DNA of 64,000 bases from positions 44,557 through 108,556 of the IMG/VR virus record IMGVR_UViG_2654587994_000003. One strand, given 5' to 3'. The stretch is from a virus. Its lineage: Duplodnaviria > Caudoviricetes. The notes below the pieces were generated by a model. It was not told the DNA's origin. It was given only the letters and a program-made list of their open reading frames with translations, and searched no databases. Positions 9,317-18,513 of this stretch are shown piece after piece. The translations under genes were made by a program, and so were the position numbers. Each line of letters opens with the position of its first letter. The stretch's first letter is position 1.

Positions 9317-9979
9317 ATGAAAAAGACACTCGCGACCCTGGCTTTTGTTTTGGCAGCGTCCACCGCTATGGCTGCTGACGCGGTTTCTGAAGTACCAGCA
9401 GCGCCTGTTGCTGATGTAGCACCAGCATTCAGCTGGACTGGCTTCACCATCGGTGTTCAGGGTGGCTACAACTGGAACAACCAGGACATCGAAATCAGCG
9501 GCACCGCAGGTAGCTTCTCAGAAGATTTTGACGGCGGTATCCTCGGCGGCTTCGTTGGTTACAACTATGACTTCGGCAACAGCTGGGTAGTCGGTCTTGA
9601 AGCTGATTTCGATAAGAACTGGGCAGACAACACTGCGTTCGGCGGCGCACTCACCTATGGTTTCGACTGGCAGGGTTCGGTTCGCGGCCGCGTTGGATAC
9701 GCCTTTGACCGCGCTCTCGTGTACGGTACTGCCGGCTGGGCTTATGCTCGCGGCTATGCGGACGTAGCGGGCTTCGGTGAAGAGAAAGAAACCTTCAACG
9801 GCTACACCCTCGGTGTTGGCCTTGATTATGCCTTCACGGACAACGTTTTCGCCCGTCTGGAATATCGCTACACCGACTTCGGCGACAAGACGTTCGATTT
9901 CGGCGGCACTGGTGGCGGCACCATCAACTCTGACATCGATCAGCACGCTATCCGTGTCGGCCTCGGCGTAAAGTTCTGA
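9317..9979 (+). CDS. Omp25/RopB-family outer membrane beta-barrel
   Basis: Signal peptide, AAD..FSWTG, RGRVGYAFDR, RLEYRYTDFG, C-terminal F. Confidence 0.9.
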   Translation: MKKTLATLAFVLAASTAMAADAVSEVPAAPVADVAPAFSWTGFTIGVQGGYNWNNQDIEISGTAGSFSEDFDGGILGGFVGYNYDFGNSWVVGLEADFDKNWADNTAFGGALTYGFDWQGSVRGRVGYAFDRALVYGTAGWAYARGYADVAGFGEEKETFNGYTLGVGLDYAFTDNVFARLEYRYTDFGDKTFDFGGTGGGTINSDIDQHAIRVGLGVKF

Positions 9980-10000
9980 TAGCCATTCGCTATGATCATG

Positions 10001-10030
10001 AAAAGCCCGGCCATAGTGTCGGGCTTTTTG
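10001..10030. terminator. Bidirectional intrinsic terminator
   Basis: AAAAGCCCGGC..GTCGGGCTTTTT between convergent genes. Confidence 0.8.
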
Positions 10031-10033
10031 TCT

Positions 10034-10378
10034 TTACCCAGACCTCGTCGTCCTTGGCTTCGACTGATTTTCAACAATCCTATCGACGCGCATGGTCATC
10101 TTGTCGACGGCGTCCTTCACGGCGCCGATAGCGCCCATGATCTGCTCCGTCTGCTCGCGAAGGCCGGATTTGGAAACATACGTTTCGGCGACGTGGAGCC
10201 TATGGGCGGCAAGCTCTTCCCTCGCCAGAGAAGCCATCGCCGAGGCCGCAGACGCCGCTGCAGACGCCTCCGTCTTTGCCGCACCGATCTTCGCGTCGAC
10301 GTACTTCCACAGGCCGAAGAAGAAACCGAAGAGCATCACGAAGAAACCCGCAACCGCCATGATCTCGGCGCCGGTCAC
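10034..10378 (-). CDS. Putative holin / lysis-cassette membrane protein
   Basis: Single N-terminal TM plus coiled coil, last gene of lysis cassette. Confidence 0.55.
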   Translation of the reverse strand: MTGAEIMAVAGFFVMLFGFFFGLWKYVDAKIGAAKTEASAAASAASAMASLAREELAAHRLHVAETYVSKSGLREQTEQIMGAIGAVKDAVDKMTMRVDRIVENQSKPRTTRSG

Positions 10379-10566
10379 GGTTTCACCCCGCACAGTTTCA
10401 TCAGCTTCTCATTCTCAGCCAAGATTTGCCGCTTTGTTTCTGGCGTCATCTGGTCATCGACAGAAGGACGCACCGGGCGCGCGATATCGCAGTAGCTACC
10501 GCTTGTCGCGCATCCACTTGCCAAGAGCGTCATCAACGCCAGCGTCATCCAAATTCCTAATTTCAT
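10375..10566 (-). CDS. Putative o-spanin (Rz1-like lipoprotein)
   Basis: Lipobox LASGC, overlaps the i-spanin in another frame; start uncertain. Confidence 0.7.
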   Translation of the reverse strand: MKLGIWMTLALMTLLASGCATSGSYCDIARPVRPSVDDQMTPETKRQILAENEKLMKLCGVKP

Positions 10567-10735
10567 TTTCGACATCCCCGGCCTTCTTGATGGCCTTGGC
10601 ATTTGCTGCGGCCTGTTCGTCTTTTGCCGCGGAGCGCCCTGCCCTCTGGCCATACAAAAAGACGCCCGCGAGGATCGCGAGCGCCGTACCGATTGCGGCT
10701 AGATAGCCTTTGAGTTTTGCCCACAAGAGGATCAA
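10496..10735 (-). CDS. Putative i-spanin (Rz-like)
   Basis: N-terminal TM plus helical domain directly after the endolysin. Confidence 0.65.
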   Translation of the reverse strand: MILLWAKLKGYLAAIGTALAILAGVFLYGQRAGRSAAKDEQAAANAKAIKKAGDVENEIRNLDDAGVDDALGKWMRDKR

Positions 10736-11658
10736 ACCACCACCTCCTTCCCGCGCCAGCTATTCCAGCGGCGAGCGATGACATCGCGATTGCGATAGGC
10801 GACATAGGCAACAGCAGCGACAGCGACGCCGGCGACGATCCACCACCATGGAAGGCCTGCCACGAAAGCGAGTAAGCCTGAGCTTGCAGCTGAGCCAACA
10901 CCCTTCGTGACAGCTTCCCTTGCTGTCGATGCGTCGCGCCGAAGCTGTGCGAGCGTGGCGGGACCGATGATGCCATCGGCGATCAGGTGTGGGTGCGCCT
11001 TCTGATACGCGATCACAGCGGCCTTTGTCTTCTCGCCCATCCAGCCGTCGATGGCGCCGGGATTGAGGCCAGCCGCAGTCAGCAGCTCCTGCGCTTCCTT
11101 CACAACCGGATCAGGCTGGGCGGGCGGCTCGGCGGTAGCCTCCTTGGTTGCGCTACCTACGCCGGTGTAGATGCCCTTTTCGAAGAGCAGGGCCTCTTCC
11201 TTGCGGCGGCGCACGAGACCTGGAAGCTTCTTGCCTTTCGCCGTGTTGTAGTTGGAGGCAAGATGAGCAGCTGCCTTCTTAATCTGGCCTTTGCGCCAGT
11301 AGTCGGCCCATGTCCAATTCATGGCGCCGACGCCGAGATTGAAGGTGACAGAAGTGGCCGCGTCGAGCTCGTGCTGCTTGCGGTCCGCGGGAGAACCGGC
11401 AACGACAGCTGGCACGTACTCAGCGGCGAGCACAGCGTCGAGGATGGCATCGCTTTGCGCAGCTGTGATCTTGGTCTTGCCTGGCACGAGCTTCGTGATG
11501 CCGATTTTGGCCAGCTCGCGGCGAACGGAATCGCTGCGCATCGTGAATCCGGTTCCGATCGTCGGAACACCGACAGGATCAAGGTAGGCGGTAAGCGGAT
11601 TGCCCTCATGCAGGCGCACGAAAGCCCTCCCCTGTGTGGAGATTTTGGTGATTGGCAT
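10732..11658 (-). CDS. Endolysin: GH24 lysozyme, PG-binding domain, C-terminal TM
   Basis: HEG..AYLDPVGVPTIG, GLVRRRKEE, IDGWMG..T..AVIAYQ..ADGIIGPAT. Confidence 0.9.
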   Translation of the reverse strand: MPITKISTQGRAFVRLHEGNPLTAYLDPVGVPTIGTGFTMRSDSVRRELAKIGITKLVPGKTKITAAQSDAILDAVLAAEYVPAVVAGSPADRKQHELDAATSVTFNLGVGAMNWTWADYWRKGQIKKAAAHLASNYNTAKGKKLPGLVRRRKEEALLFEKGIYTGVGSATKEATAEPPAQPDPVVKEAQELLTAAGLNPGAIDGWMGEKTKAAVIAYQKAHPHLIADGIIGPATLAQLRRDASTAREAVTKGVGSAASSGLLAFVAGLPWWWIVAGVAVAAVAYVAYRNRDVIARRWNSWRGKEVVV

Positions 11659-11684
11659 TGATTTTCCTTTTTAAGGGAGCGCTG

Positions 11685-11709
11685 GGAACATTAAGGCGGC
11701 CTTCGCGTT
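11685..11709 (+). promoter_or_regulatory. EcfG/RpoE2-type promoter
   Basis: GGAAC-N16-CGTT. Confidence 0.6.
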
Positions 11710-11714
11710 GAAGC

Positions 11715-11783
11715 CGTCGCCATGTCCCCAACTCCATGGCCTAAAGACCCGCGCACACATCCCCCCGCTGCGCGGGTCTTTTG
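11715..11783 (+). ncRNA. Candidate stress-induced sRNA with C-rich loops
   Basis: Hairpin CCATG-TCCCCAACTC-CATGG, then terminator AAAGACCCGCGCA-CACATCCCCCCGC-TGCGCGGGTCTTTT; no short ORF. Confidence 0.5.
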
Positions 11784-11821
11784 CTGCTATTGATACAGCC
11801 GATACTTGCAGATATGGGAGA

Positions 11822-11899
11822 AGCGCCGCACGTCCCCTGAAACAGGCTGCGGTATTGAGGCCTCGGCGCTTGCGAGGAGCGACGGGCCTCTTTTGTTTT
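11822..11899 (+). ncRNA. Candidate sRNA, paralog copy 1
   Basis: TTGATA-17-TATGGG upstream; hairpin containing TCCCCT; GAGGCC..GGCCTC-TTTT terminator; near repeat at 12510. Confidence 0.55.
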
Positions 11900-11983
11900 G
11901 TGGGTTATGGGTGCCGGGTTACGCTGCCTGCTCCAGGGTCATTCACCCTCCGTTCAGGCCCGGCACAGCACTATCGAGCTTGT

Positions 11984-12008
11984 GGAACCGAAGTCACAGG
12001 CGCACGTT
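11984..12008 (+). promoter_or_regulatory. EcfG/RpoE2-type promoter
   Basis: GGAAC-N16-CGTT upstream of the lipoprotein gene. Confidence 0.65.
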
Positions 12009-12034
12009 TGATTGCGTTATTGGGAGATAAGATC

Positions 12035-12295
12035 ATGAAGCTTCTGACCGCAGCAATTGCGCTCGTATCAGTCGGTATTCTTAGTGGATGCGTAGATGAT
12101 AGCGGATATCGCTCAGGCGGGTATTACTCGTCGGGTGTCTATTATCGCTCATACGATAGAGACAGGTATTACCGGGATTACGACCGCCGAAACTGGCGTC
12201 ACCACAGAGAATGGCGCGATCGGCGGGAAGGAAGGGGTGATTACCGCTACCGCCCGCCGCGTGATGGCCAGTTATATGGCCGTCTGATTAATTGA
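12035..12295 (+). CDS. Small Arg/Tyr-rich lipoprotein
   Basis: MKLL..ILSGC lipobox; GGGAG RBS. Confidence 0.75.
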   Translation: MKLLTAAIALVSVGILSGCVDDSGYRSGGYYSSGVYYRSYDRDRYYRDYDRRNWRHHREWRDRREGRGDYRYRPPRDGQLYGRLIN

Positions 12296-12509
12296 CAAAG
12301 TCTCGTTGTTTGGTTGGCCTAAACGGCCGGCCAAGCGATGGGAGCGATTTCCGTTCGTATTGACCGTCTTAGTTTGGTCGGACTGCACTGATCCGACATA
12401 GCCGCCCTAGTGACCAAACATAAGGTCAAGAGCGACGGGAAGCGTTTCCCGAGCCATGATAGTCTCCTGATTGTTGATTTGACGGCGAGACAGTTGGTCA
12501 CCATACCAG

Positions 12510-12587
12510 AGCGCCGCGCGTCCCCTGAAACAGGCTGCGGCATAGAGGCCCAGGCGCTTACGAGGAGCGACTGGCCTCTTTTGTTTT
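12510..12587 (+). ncRNA. Candidate sRNA, paralog copy 2
   Basis: TTGACG-17-CATACC upstream; same two-hairpin structure as copy 1. Confidence 0.55.
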
Positions 12588-12734
12588 GCGGATCAGGCTA
12601 AGCCGTCGCTAACCCCCTGAATTTTAGTGGGTCATAATTCACGCCATAGCTGTTTATTTTGCGAAGCGCCGACAATTTTCCGTTGTCTTCAGCATTCCTA
12701 ATATGTCAATAAGGAGGCGGAAAAGGGGCGTTTT

Positions 12735-13376
12735 ATGGATCGGCAAATTCTCTTTCACTGTCGCAGGTTAGCAAATATTGTTGGAGCGGGCCCAAAACGC
12801 ATAGCGCTGGTCGGCAACGGCGAAAACGCTCGCGGATTTGGCTCCGAAATCGACTCTCACGATTTCGTGGTACGGATGAACCGCGCAATTCATTTCGGCG
12901 AAGCAGGCACAAAGACAGATGCTTTAGCAGTCATTAATTGGAGCGGGCCCGGTCGATGGATGACCAACGGAGAAACCCCCATCAACGCCGAAGCTTTAAG
13001 GGCGGCTAAATCGATCTGGCTACCAATGCCTCCTGAGGATATGGAATCCGTGAAAAATGACCAACCAGGCACCTTTGAGTGGCCGACGTACGTCGACTTC
13101 ACGTCAGAGGTGATAGATAATCTGGTTGACGGACGTCCCTATATTAAGTTCCCACCGAATATTTGGCGGTCTCTAACAAAAGAACTTCGCGGCTTAGGGG
13201 CGGCCAAGACGCAGGCCTCCAGCACTGGAGCACTCGTGCTGGCTTACTTGGTTAGGGTTTGGCCTAGATCAAAAGTCACGCTTTATGGCTTCACTCACGA
13301 GGGGTGGGATGGGCATCCTTGGGAGCAAGAGAAGGCGTGGATCCGGAATCTGGATCGAGTCCCGTATAAGCCATAG
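12735..13376 (+). CDS. GT29 (sialyltransferase-like) glycosyltransferase
   Basis: IALVGNG..IDSHDFVVRMN..GTKT (L-motif-like), SSTG..TLYGF (S-like), HPWEQE (VS-like). Confidence 0.75.
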   Translation: MDRQILFHCRRLANIVGAGPKRIALVGNGENARGFGSEIDSHDFVVRMNRAIHFGEAGTKTDALAVINWSGPGRWMTNGETPINAEALRAAKSIWLPMPPEDMESVKNDQPGTFEWPTYVDFTSEVIDNLVDGRPYIKFPPNIWRSLTKELRGLGAAKTQASSTGALVLAYLVRVWPRSKVTLYGFTHEGWDGHPWEQEKAWIRNLDRVPYKP

Positions 13377-13850
13377 CTACAGTATGATTGGCCAAGCGAT
13401 GGGAGCAATCTCGTCAAGGAACTTCTCGACGGTCGGCTGCGCGCGCTGGCCCGCCTGCACTTTGGCCAACTCGCCGTAGGAGTACCGCCAAACATTATCG
13501 CGCCATGCGACGAAAGCCATAGCCTCTGCCGCCCACCTTGGAATTGTTGACCCGATGTAGGAGGCGAGCGTCACGCCGTCGCGGAACTGCTTCTCACGCG
13601 CAGTCTCATCGACAAGGTTCTGGATGGCGTTTTCGTAGTCGGTGATGGTGGGTGGCGCGGCGGTCGACTCGACCACGACAACCTCCCCATCCACGTAACG
13701 ACGACTACCGGAATTTTCCAGAAATTCGAGGTGCTGCCCTTCTGTGATAACAACTGCGTCCGTTGGGATGACTGCTTCTGGATCGCTGCATGCCGCCGTA
13801 ACCCAGAAGCCGAGCGGAAACCCCAACTCATCGAATTTTGCATAGATCAT
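13377..13850 (-). CDS. Tail fibre assembly protein
   Basis: Follows tail fibre; SY..STIPRWAAEA..FVAWRD.VW..IAWP. Confidence 0.75.
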   Translation of the reverse strand: MIYAKFDELGFPLGFWVTAACSDPEAVIPTDAVVITEGQHLEFLENSGSRRYVDGEVVVVESTAAPPTITDYENAIQNLVDETAREKQFRDGVTLASYIGSTIPRWAAEAMAFVAWRDNVWRYSYGELAKVQAGQRAQPTVEKFLDEIAPIAWPIIL

Positions 13851-15367
13851 GGCGCCAGTCCTATTGCTATCCAGTCGACTCTGGCCGCTCCAGACCCGAA
13901 CGCGGCACCAGTAGACCCAATCTTGCAGGAAACTATTACCCCGGTTGCCTGAGGCCAGGGGCTTGTTCTGTATTGAGATAAAACAAGATTACCTCCAGCC
14001 GTTGCACTTTCCCCATTCCAGCAAACAAAGTTGTAAGACGATGATGAGGAAAACGCGGTTGGAAACGTAACGATTCCATTTCCTGCGCCATCGGTTGTTA
14101 TTACGGTCGTTCCCCACTGCATCAACCGGCCGTTCGGCAGCTTTGTCCAGCCTGTGCCTGATGTCGCCCCCATGGTTGCAAACATCGTCGCGCCATCAGC
14201 GTCATCGAGCAGCGAGCGCGCCAATGCCGTGAGATCGGTCAACGATGCTGCACCAGCTCCTGTGAAATACGGAAGCTTGTTGGCGGCGGGCGTCAAAGCA
14301 TGAAGAGCAGCAATCGCACCGGTGATAGCCTTGATGAGCTTCCCAGTGGTCGTGTCGAACGCCACAGGGAAATTGTCGACCGCACTTGACGGCCCGACAA
14401 CATCACCCGTGCCCGACCCATCCGTGCCTTTGCGCGCCAGCAGACGCCAGTAGGCATTACTCTCGGTCGGCAAGGTCGGAGGCGCATTGCCCGTGGTCGG
14501 CTGGAGCGCAATCCACGTGGAGCCGTTATTGAGAACGATATCATTCGCAGCATAAGCCGTCGCAGCACTGTACGCGCCGCGATCCACCACGCCCTGAGTG
14601 CCGGAGCGAGCGAACAGCAGCCATTGTGTGTTCTCGGTTGTCGGAATCGTCGGCGGCGCGTTGCCCGTCGTGGCAACCTTGGCGATCCACGTCGATCCGC
14701 CATACTGCACGATATCGCGGATAGCGTAGGCCGTGCCTGCGCTATAGTTGCCGCGCTGATTAACGCCAGCAGGACCGACAGGACCAGTGATATAGGACGG
14801 CGCACTCCAGTCACCCGACGTGGCCGAGTTCTTGAAATAGAGCGCAGACCGGCCGTCTCCAATGTCGATAACGAGAACGGAGAAGCCAGCGGCAGCGCCG
14901 TTGTATGCCGCCCTGCCCGCAAGGTTCGCCACCCAAGCATCATACTGAACGCCCTGAACCAGAGCCGCCTTGTTGATCGTGCCAAACACACCCGGTCCAA
15001 TGCCAATCGGAATATCATCGGTGCCAACCGAGATTTCAGACAGGCTGTCGAGGTTGCCATTCGACAACGAAGCCAGCAGCCGGCGCATGGCCTCGACTGC
15101 GGCAATCGTTGGCGAGGTCAGTTCGACCTTGTAAGGCGCGTCCGTCTGCGCAGGACCGGGCCAATCATCAGCAAGCAACAGTTCCGTATCGCTGATGATC
15201 TGCTCGATAACGATCGGGCGGCCGACATGAATGCCAAACTTGTCTCCAACCTTGATCGGCGTCAGACCAGCAACTTCCGTCAGCCAGCCCGTATCCGTGC
15301 CGGTGACAGTGCGAGAGCCGACAGCAACGGTAGCCGTACCGTCGCCGTACCATGTGGTGTTAGCCAT
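13847..15367 (-). CDS. Tail fibre / receptor-binding protein
   Basis: N-terminal GT..V..GS..VTG, two carbohydrate-binding-like repeats (RG.YSA.TAY..DIV..GSTWIA), C-terminal KLPNG.LMQWG..FPTAF domain. Confidence 0.85.
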   Translation of the reverse strand: MANTTWYGDGTATVAVGSRTVTGTDTGWLTEVAGLTPIKVGDKFGIHVGRPIVIEQIISDTELLLADDWPGPAQTDAPYKVELTSPTIAAVEAMRRLLASLSNGNLDSLSEISVGTDDIPIGIGPGVFGTINKAALVQGVQYDAWVANLAGRAAYNGAAAGFSVLVIDIGDGRSALYFKNSATSGDWSAPSYITGPVGPAGVNQRGNYSAGTAYAIRDIVQYGGSTWIAKVATTGNAPPTIPTTENTQWLLFARSGTQGVVDRGAYSAATAYAANDIVLNNGSTWIALQPTTGNAPPTLPTESNAYWRLLARKGTDGSGTGDVVGPSSAVDNFPVAFDTTTGKLIKAITGAIAALHALTPAANKLPYFTGAGAASLTDLTALARSLLDDADGATMFATMGATSGTGWTKLPNGRLMQWGTTVITTDGAGNGIVTFPTAFSSSSSYNFVCWNGESATAGGNLVLSQYRTSPWPQATGVIVSCKIGSTGAAFGSGAARVDWIAIGLAP

Positions 15368-15585
15368 TATTCGGACGCTCCGTTACCGGTGTCGACGGCG
15401 TCGCGCGCCAGGCGCAGATCGGCTTCAAGGCCGTTGATCTTGTCGAGGAGGGTTTTGTTTTCCTGCTTCTGCATTACGAGATGCTGAGCGAGCAGCAAGG
15501 TCCGCTGCTTCAGGAATTCTTCGCGCACTTCTGCTTCCTGCAGGGCGACGAGGGCGTCGACCTGCATCTGATTGCCGGTTGTCAT
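15367..15585 (-). CDS. Small coiled-coil tail-associated protein
   Basis: 72 aa between tip and fibre genes. Confidence 0.65.
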   Translation of the reverse strand: MTTGNQMQVDALVALQEAEVREEFLKQRTLLLAQHLVMQKQENKTLLDKINGLEADLRLARDAVDTGNGASE

Positions 15586-15587
15586 GA

Positions 15588-18455
15588 TTACCTCTTGAGG
15601 ACCATTGCAATGATCTTGTTCGACTTGAACTTTAGGGACGATCCACCCTGAAGCTGAAGCCTGTAGGTGGTCTGCGTTCGGCCAGAAGGAGGGTTATGTA
15701 CAGCCATCCAACTGACAGGGCTCGACCCACCGCTTCCCTGCAGCGCCTCAAGGCCAGCGTTGCCTGTTTGGTCGCGAATGACGAACGACCACACTCTCGG
15801 CGTTCCACCGACATCGTCCAGCACATAGCTCTGACCAGTGACAAGTATCCTTGGGGAGCCTGCGCCATGGTTTATGGTTACATCGAGGTTGTAAAAGCTG
15901 GATCCATCGGACGTGATGTCACCCATCGTTGCGGTCTCGACGACTGTGATCGCCCCTGGATCGATATTCGATGTGCCAACGGTCAGTGTGCCGATATAGG
16001 CCTCGGAGATGTTGACGTTTCCAAGCTCGCTCGAAAATGCCGAGAGCTTGTTCGCCCTGATATCGTTGGCGTAAAGCACACCGCCTTGTACGGTGAAGGG
16101 CTGCTTGATCACACTGCCGTCGTCGCTCGCTACAACAAACTGGCCAGCCTGAACAATGACGCGTGTTGGCAGAGCCGGATTGGCAGGAACATCAAGCAGC
16201 AACGATGCCGCGCGATATGCCCCATCATTGACTGCGGCCGTAACGCCGTACCGAGCTGCATATCCTGATGGAGCCGCGATGGCAGCCCATGCCACATTGA
16301 CGAAGGCTGAGCTGCCACCTAGCGCCGCCGTCAGTGTTTCGACCTTGCCTGCAACGGCCATGGTCTCATTCACGGCAAGTTGGATCTCTTCCTTGTATTC
16401 AGCGCGGGCCTCGCCGAGTTCGACAGACAGTTCTCTGGCAAGTTTGCGCGTGTCTTTGTACGCGACCGTTGCCAATTCCATCTGGGCGGCGATGAGGCCG
16501 TCGATGGCATCCTGTGCAGTTCGGGTGCTGTTGCGCAGCCAGCCCAGCGCCTCTTCAATGCCGGTCAGATCGATGTCAACAAACACATCCTTGTCAGAAA
16601 GCAGGATGTTCGGCGTGATGACGGGAATAAACCCAGACCACAACACCGGCCTGTCGCCGCCAGGAATGTATCGCCCACGGACGACGTAGCTTTCGGCCGG
16701 AAGGAGGCTTTGCGAGATAAGCATCGAGCCGACCTGCGGCTGGTCTGTGCGGCCTTCGGAGACCTTCTCCAGCGTGGCCTGTAGTCTCACCTCGTATTCG
16801 ATGCCGATCACGTCATCGAGGCGCCCATCGCTGTTATCCCAGGTCAGCCGAATAGCGGGTCGGCGATCTTCACCAGAACTGTCTTTGACCGTGGCCGGCT
16901 CTGCGAACCAATCGACAATAGGCTGTGGCGTCGGGCGAATGACGCCAAGCTGACCGTCAACGGGCGGCTTGAACTCGGTATCGCTGCTCCAGTCGTAATC
17001 GGACGGGTCAACCTCAGTGATGTCTATCATCACATCGAGATTGGCGCGATCGGCAACGCCGTCGATCCGCATCAGCTTGGCGATGTAGCCGTTGCGCTCT
17101 GACGTCCACGAAAACACCGTTCCCGGTGTTGCGTAGGCCCAGAACTTCGGCGGCAGGACAATAGTATGTCTGCGGAAGCGTCGAGCCTCCTCAAGCGCCG
17201 ATTTCATCAAGCGCTGAACCTGCTCCGGATAGGGAACGAAGTTCAGGTCGACGTCGGCCATCAGGCGGCGGTTGCCGTCGATCGCTTCAAGGTCCGTCCG
17301 ATAGAGCGGCGGTGCGGTTTTGGCGACCCAGCCATCTGACGGCGAAGGATAGTTTGCCGAAACCCCGTTGATGGTGTCCGCCAGCCCGAGGAATGGCGTG
17401 AACTCCTGCTCTTCCGTCGACAGGATATCATCGTCGGTGAAGGCAATAACGGGAGCGTCAGGTGCACCGGAGTGCAGATAGTAGACGCCACCGACTTCCG
17501 AAATCCTGCCTTGGCAAGCCGTCAGCAATGCTTCAACTGCGGAGGTCAGTGGCGCATCAACCTGAATTTCACCGCCGCTGCGGTAGGTGTTTACCCAGCC
17601 GGTCGACTCCAGTGTGCCGGCGCGATGCTTCTCGATCTGCGCAATCCACGCTGCGGCAGGCAGGCGTGAAGAGGACAGGTTCTGGAGACCATAGAACCAC
17701 TGACCGTTATAGGTGATGCCGCGCAGCAGATTGTATATCTGCACCGCCGGCAAGAAGTCACCGTCGCCGCCCCAGGTCGAGGGATCGACCCAGCGATGAC
17801 CGCCAACTCCGCCAACCGTGCTGTCTCGCGACGGGTCGTAAAGCCGCATGCCCTCAAGCACGAACTTGAAGGACGGCACGCCGGAGAACATGTTCTTCGA
17901 AACGCGAGCCGTGACGATCGCATAAGCAACGCCGCGCCCGATGCGATCCGGGTTCCACCACCTGTTGCCGTTCGAAACCGACGTGAACAGGAAGCTGTCA
18001 GCGGTCGTCTGCGTGCCGTCATAGAACTTGATCCAGAGGCTGTCCGGATACTCGTTGACCGCATAGCCGCGATCAGTCAGACCGCCGAGCGTCACGAGCT
18101 CGCCATTGACCCAAACCTCGGCAAGACCGCGAACGGGCAAATCCGACAGCGCGATAACCTGCGTCAGGTATGCGTTGGGAGTGTCGCCGTCCTGCCCCCA
18201 GGTGTTGACGAACACGAGGGAGCCAGCGGTAGCAGTGCGACCCATGACGAAGGAGCGCGGAACATCGCCGCCGCCCTGCAGTGTGCCGTTAATCGAGAAC
18301 GTCGGATCTTTGGGCTCGCCAGCGAGAGATTGCGCGAGAAGGCTGAGGCCAACGCCGACGGCGGTCTTCAGCAGGAACGCGCCTACTGCGCCAAGGCCGC
18401 CAATAAAACTCGATATCCCACCGATGATCGCAGTGGCGAGTGAAAAGATTGCCAT
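15588..18455 (-). CDS. Tail tip / central fibre protein (J-like)
   Basis: 955 aa, position in tail module, LYDPSRDS.GG.G.HR..DPSTW motif. Confidence 0.85.
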   Translation of the reverse strand: MAIFSLATAIIGGISSFIGGLGAVGAFLLKTAVGVGLSLLAQSLAGEPKDPTFSINGTLQGGGDVPRSFVMGRTATAGSLVFVNTWGQDGDTPNAYLTQVIALSDLPVRGLAEVWVNGELVTLGGLTDRGYAVNEYPDSLWIKFYDGTQTTADSFLFTSVSNGNRWWNPDRIGRGVAYAIVTARVSKNMFSGVPSFKFVLEGMRLYDPSRDSTVGGVGGHRWVDPSTWGGDGDFLPAVQIYNLLRGITYNGQWFYGLQNLSSSRLPAAAWIAQIEKHRAGTLESTGWVNTYRSGGEIQVDAPLTSAVEALLTACQGRISEVGGVYYLHSGAPDAPVIAFTDDDILSTEEQEFTPFLGLADTINGVSANYPSPSDGWVAKTAPPLYRTDLEAIDGNRRLMADVDLNFVPYPEQVQRLMKSALEEARRFRRHTIVLPPKFWAYATPGTVFSWTSERNGYIAKLMRIDGVADRANLDVMIDITEVDPSDYDWSSDTEFKPPVDGQLGVIRPTPQPIVDWFAEPATVKDSSGEDRRPAIRLTWDNSDGRLDDVIGIEYEVRLQATLEKVSEGRTDQPQVGSMLISQSLLPAESYVVRGRYIPGGDRPVLWSGFIPVITPNILLSDKDVFVDIDLTGIEEALGWLRNSTRTAQDAIDGLIAAQMELATVAYKDTRKLARELSVELGEARAEYKEEIQLAVNETMAVAGKVETLTAALGGSSAFVNVAWAAIAAPSGYAARYGVTAAVNDGAYRAASLLLDVPANPALPTRVIVQAGQFVVASDDGSVIKQPFTVQGGVLYANDIRANKLSAFSSELGNVNISEAYIGTLTVGTSNIDPGAITVVETATMGDITSDGSSFYNLDVTINHGAGSPRILVTGQSYVLDDVGGTPRVWSFVIRDQTGNAGLEALQGSGGSSPVSWMAVHNPPSGRTQTTYRLQLQGGSSLKFKSNKIIAMVLKR

Positions 18456-18513
18456 CGATTTTCCTTGGGATGCGCGATGCGCGCGGGGCGCGGATGGCGC
18501 CGAAGGAATGCCG

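Noticed and set aside
11822-12587. Twin repeats as a CRISPR array or att sites
   Set aside because: Only two long imperfect copies about 690 bp apart, unrelated to the tRNA att core
13847-15367. Diversity-generating retroelement or invertase switching of the tail fibre
   Set aside because: No reverse transcriptase, invertase or template repeat; only a ~30-nt remnant of the chaperone end
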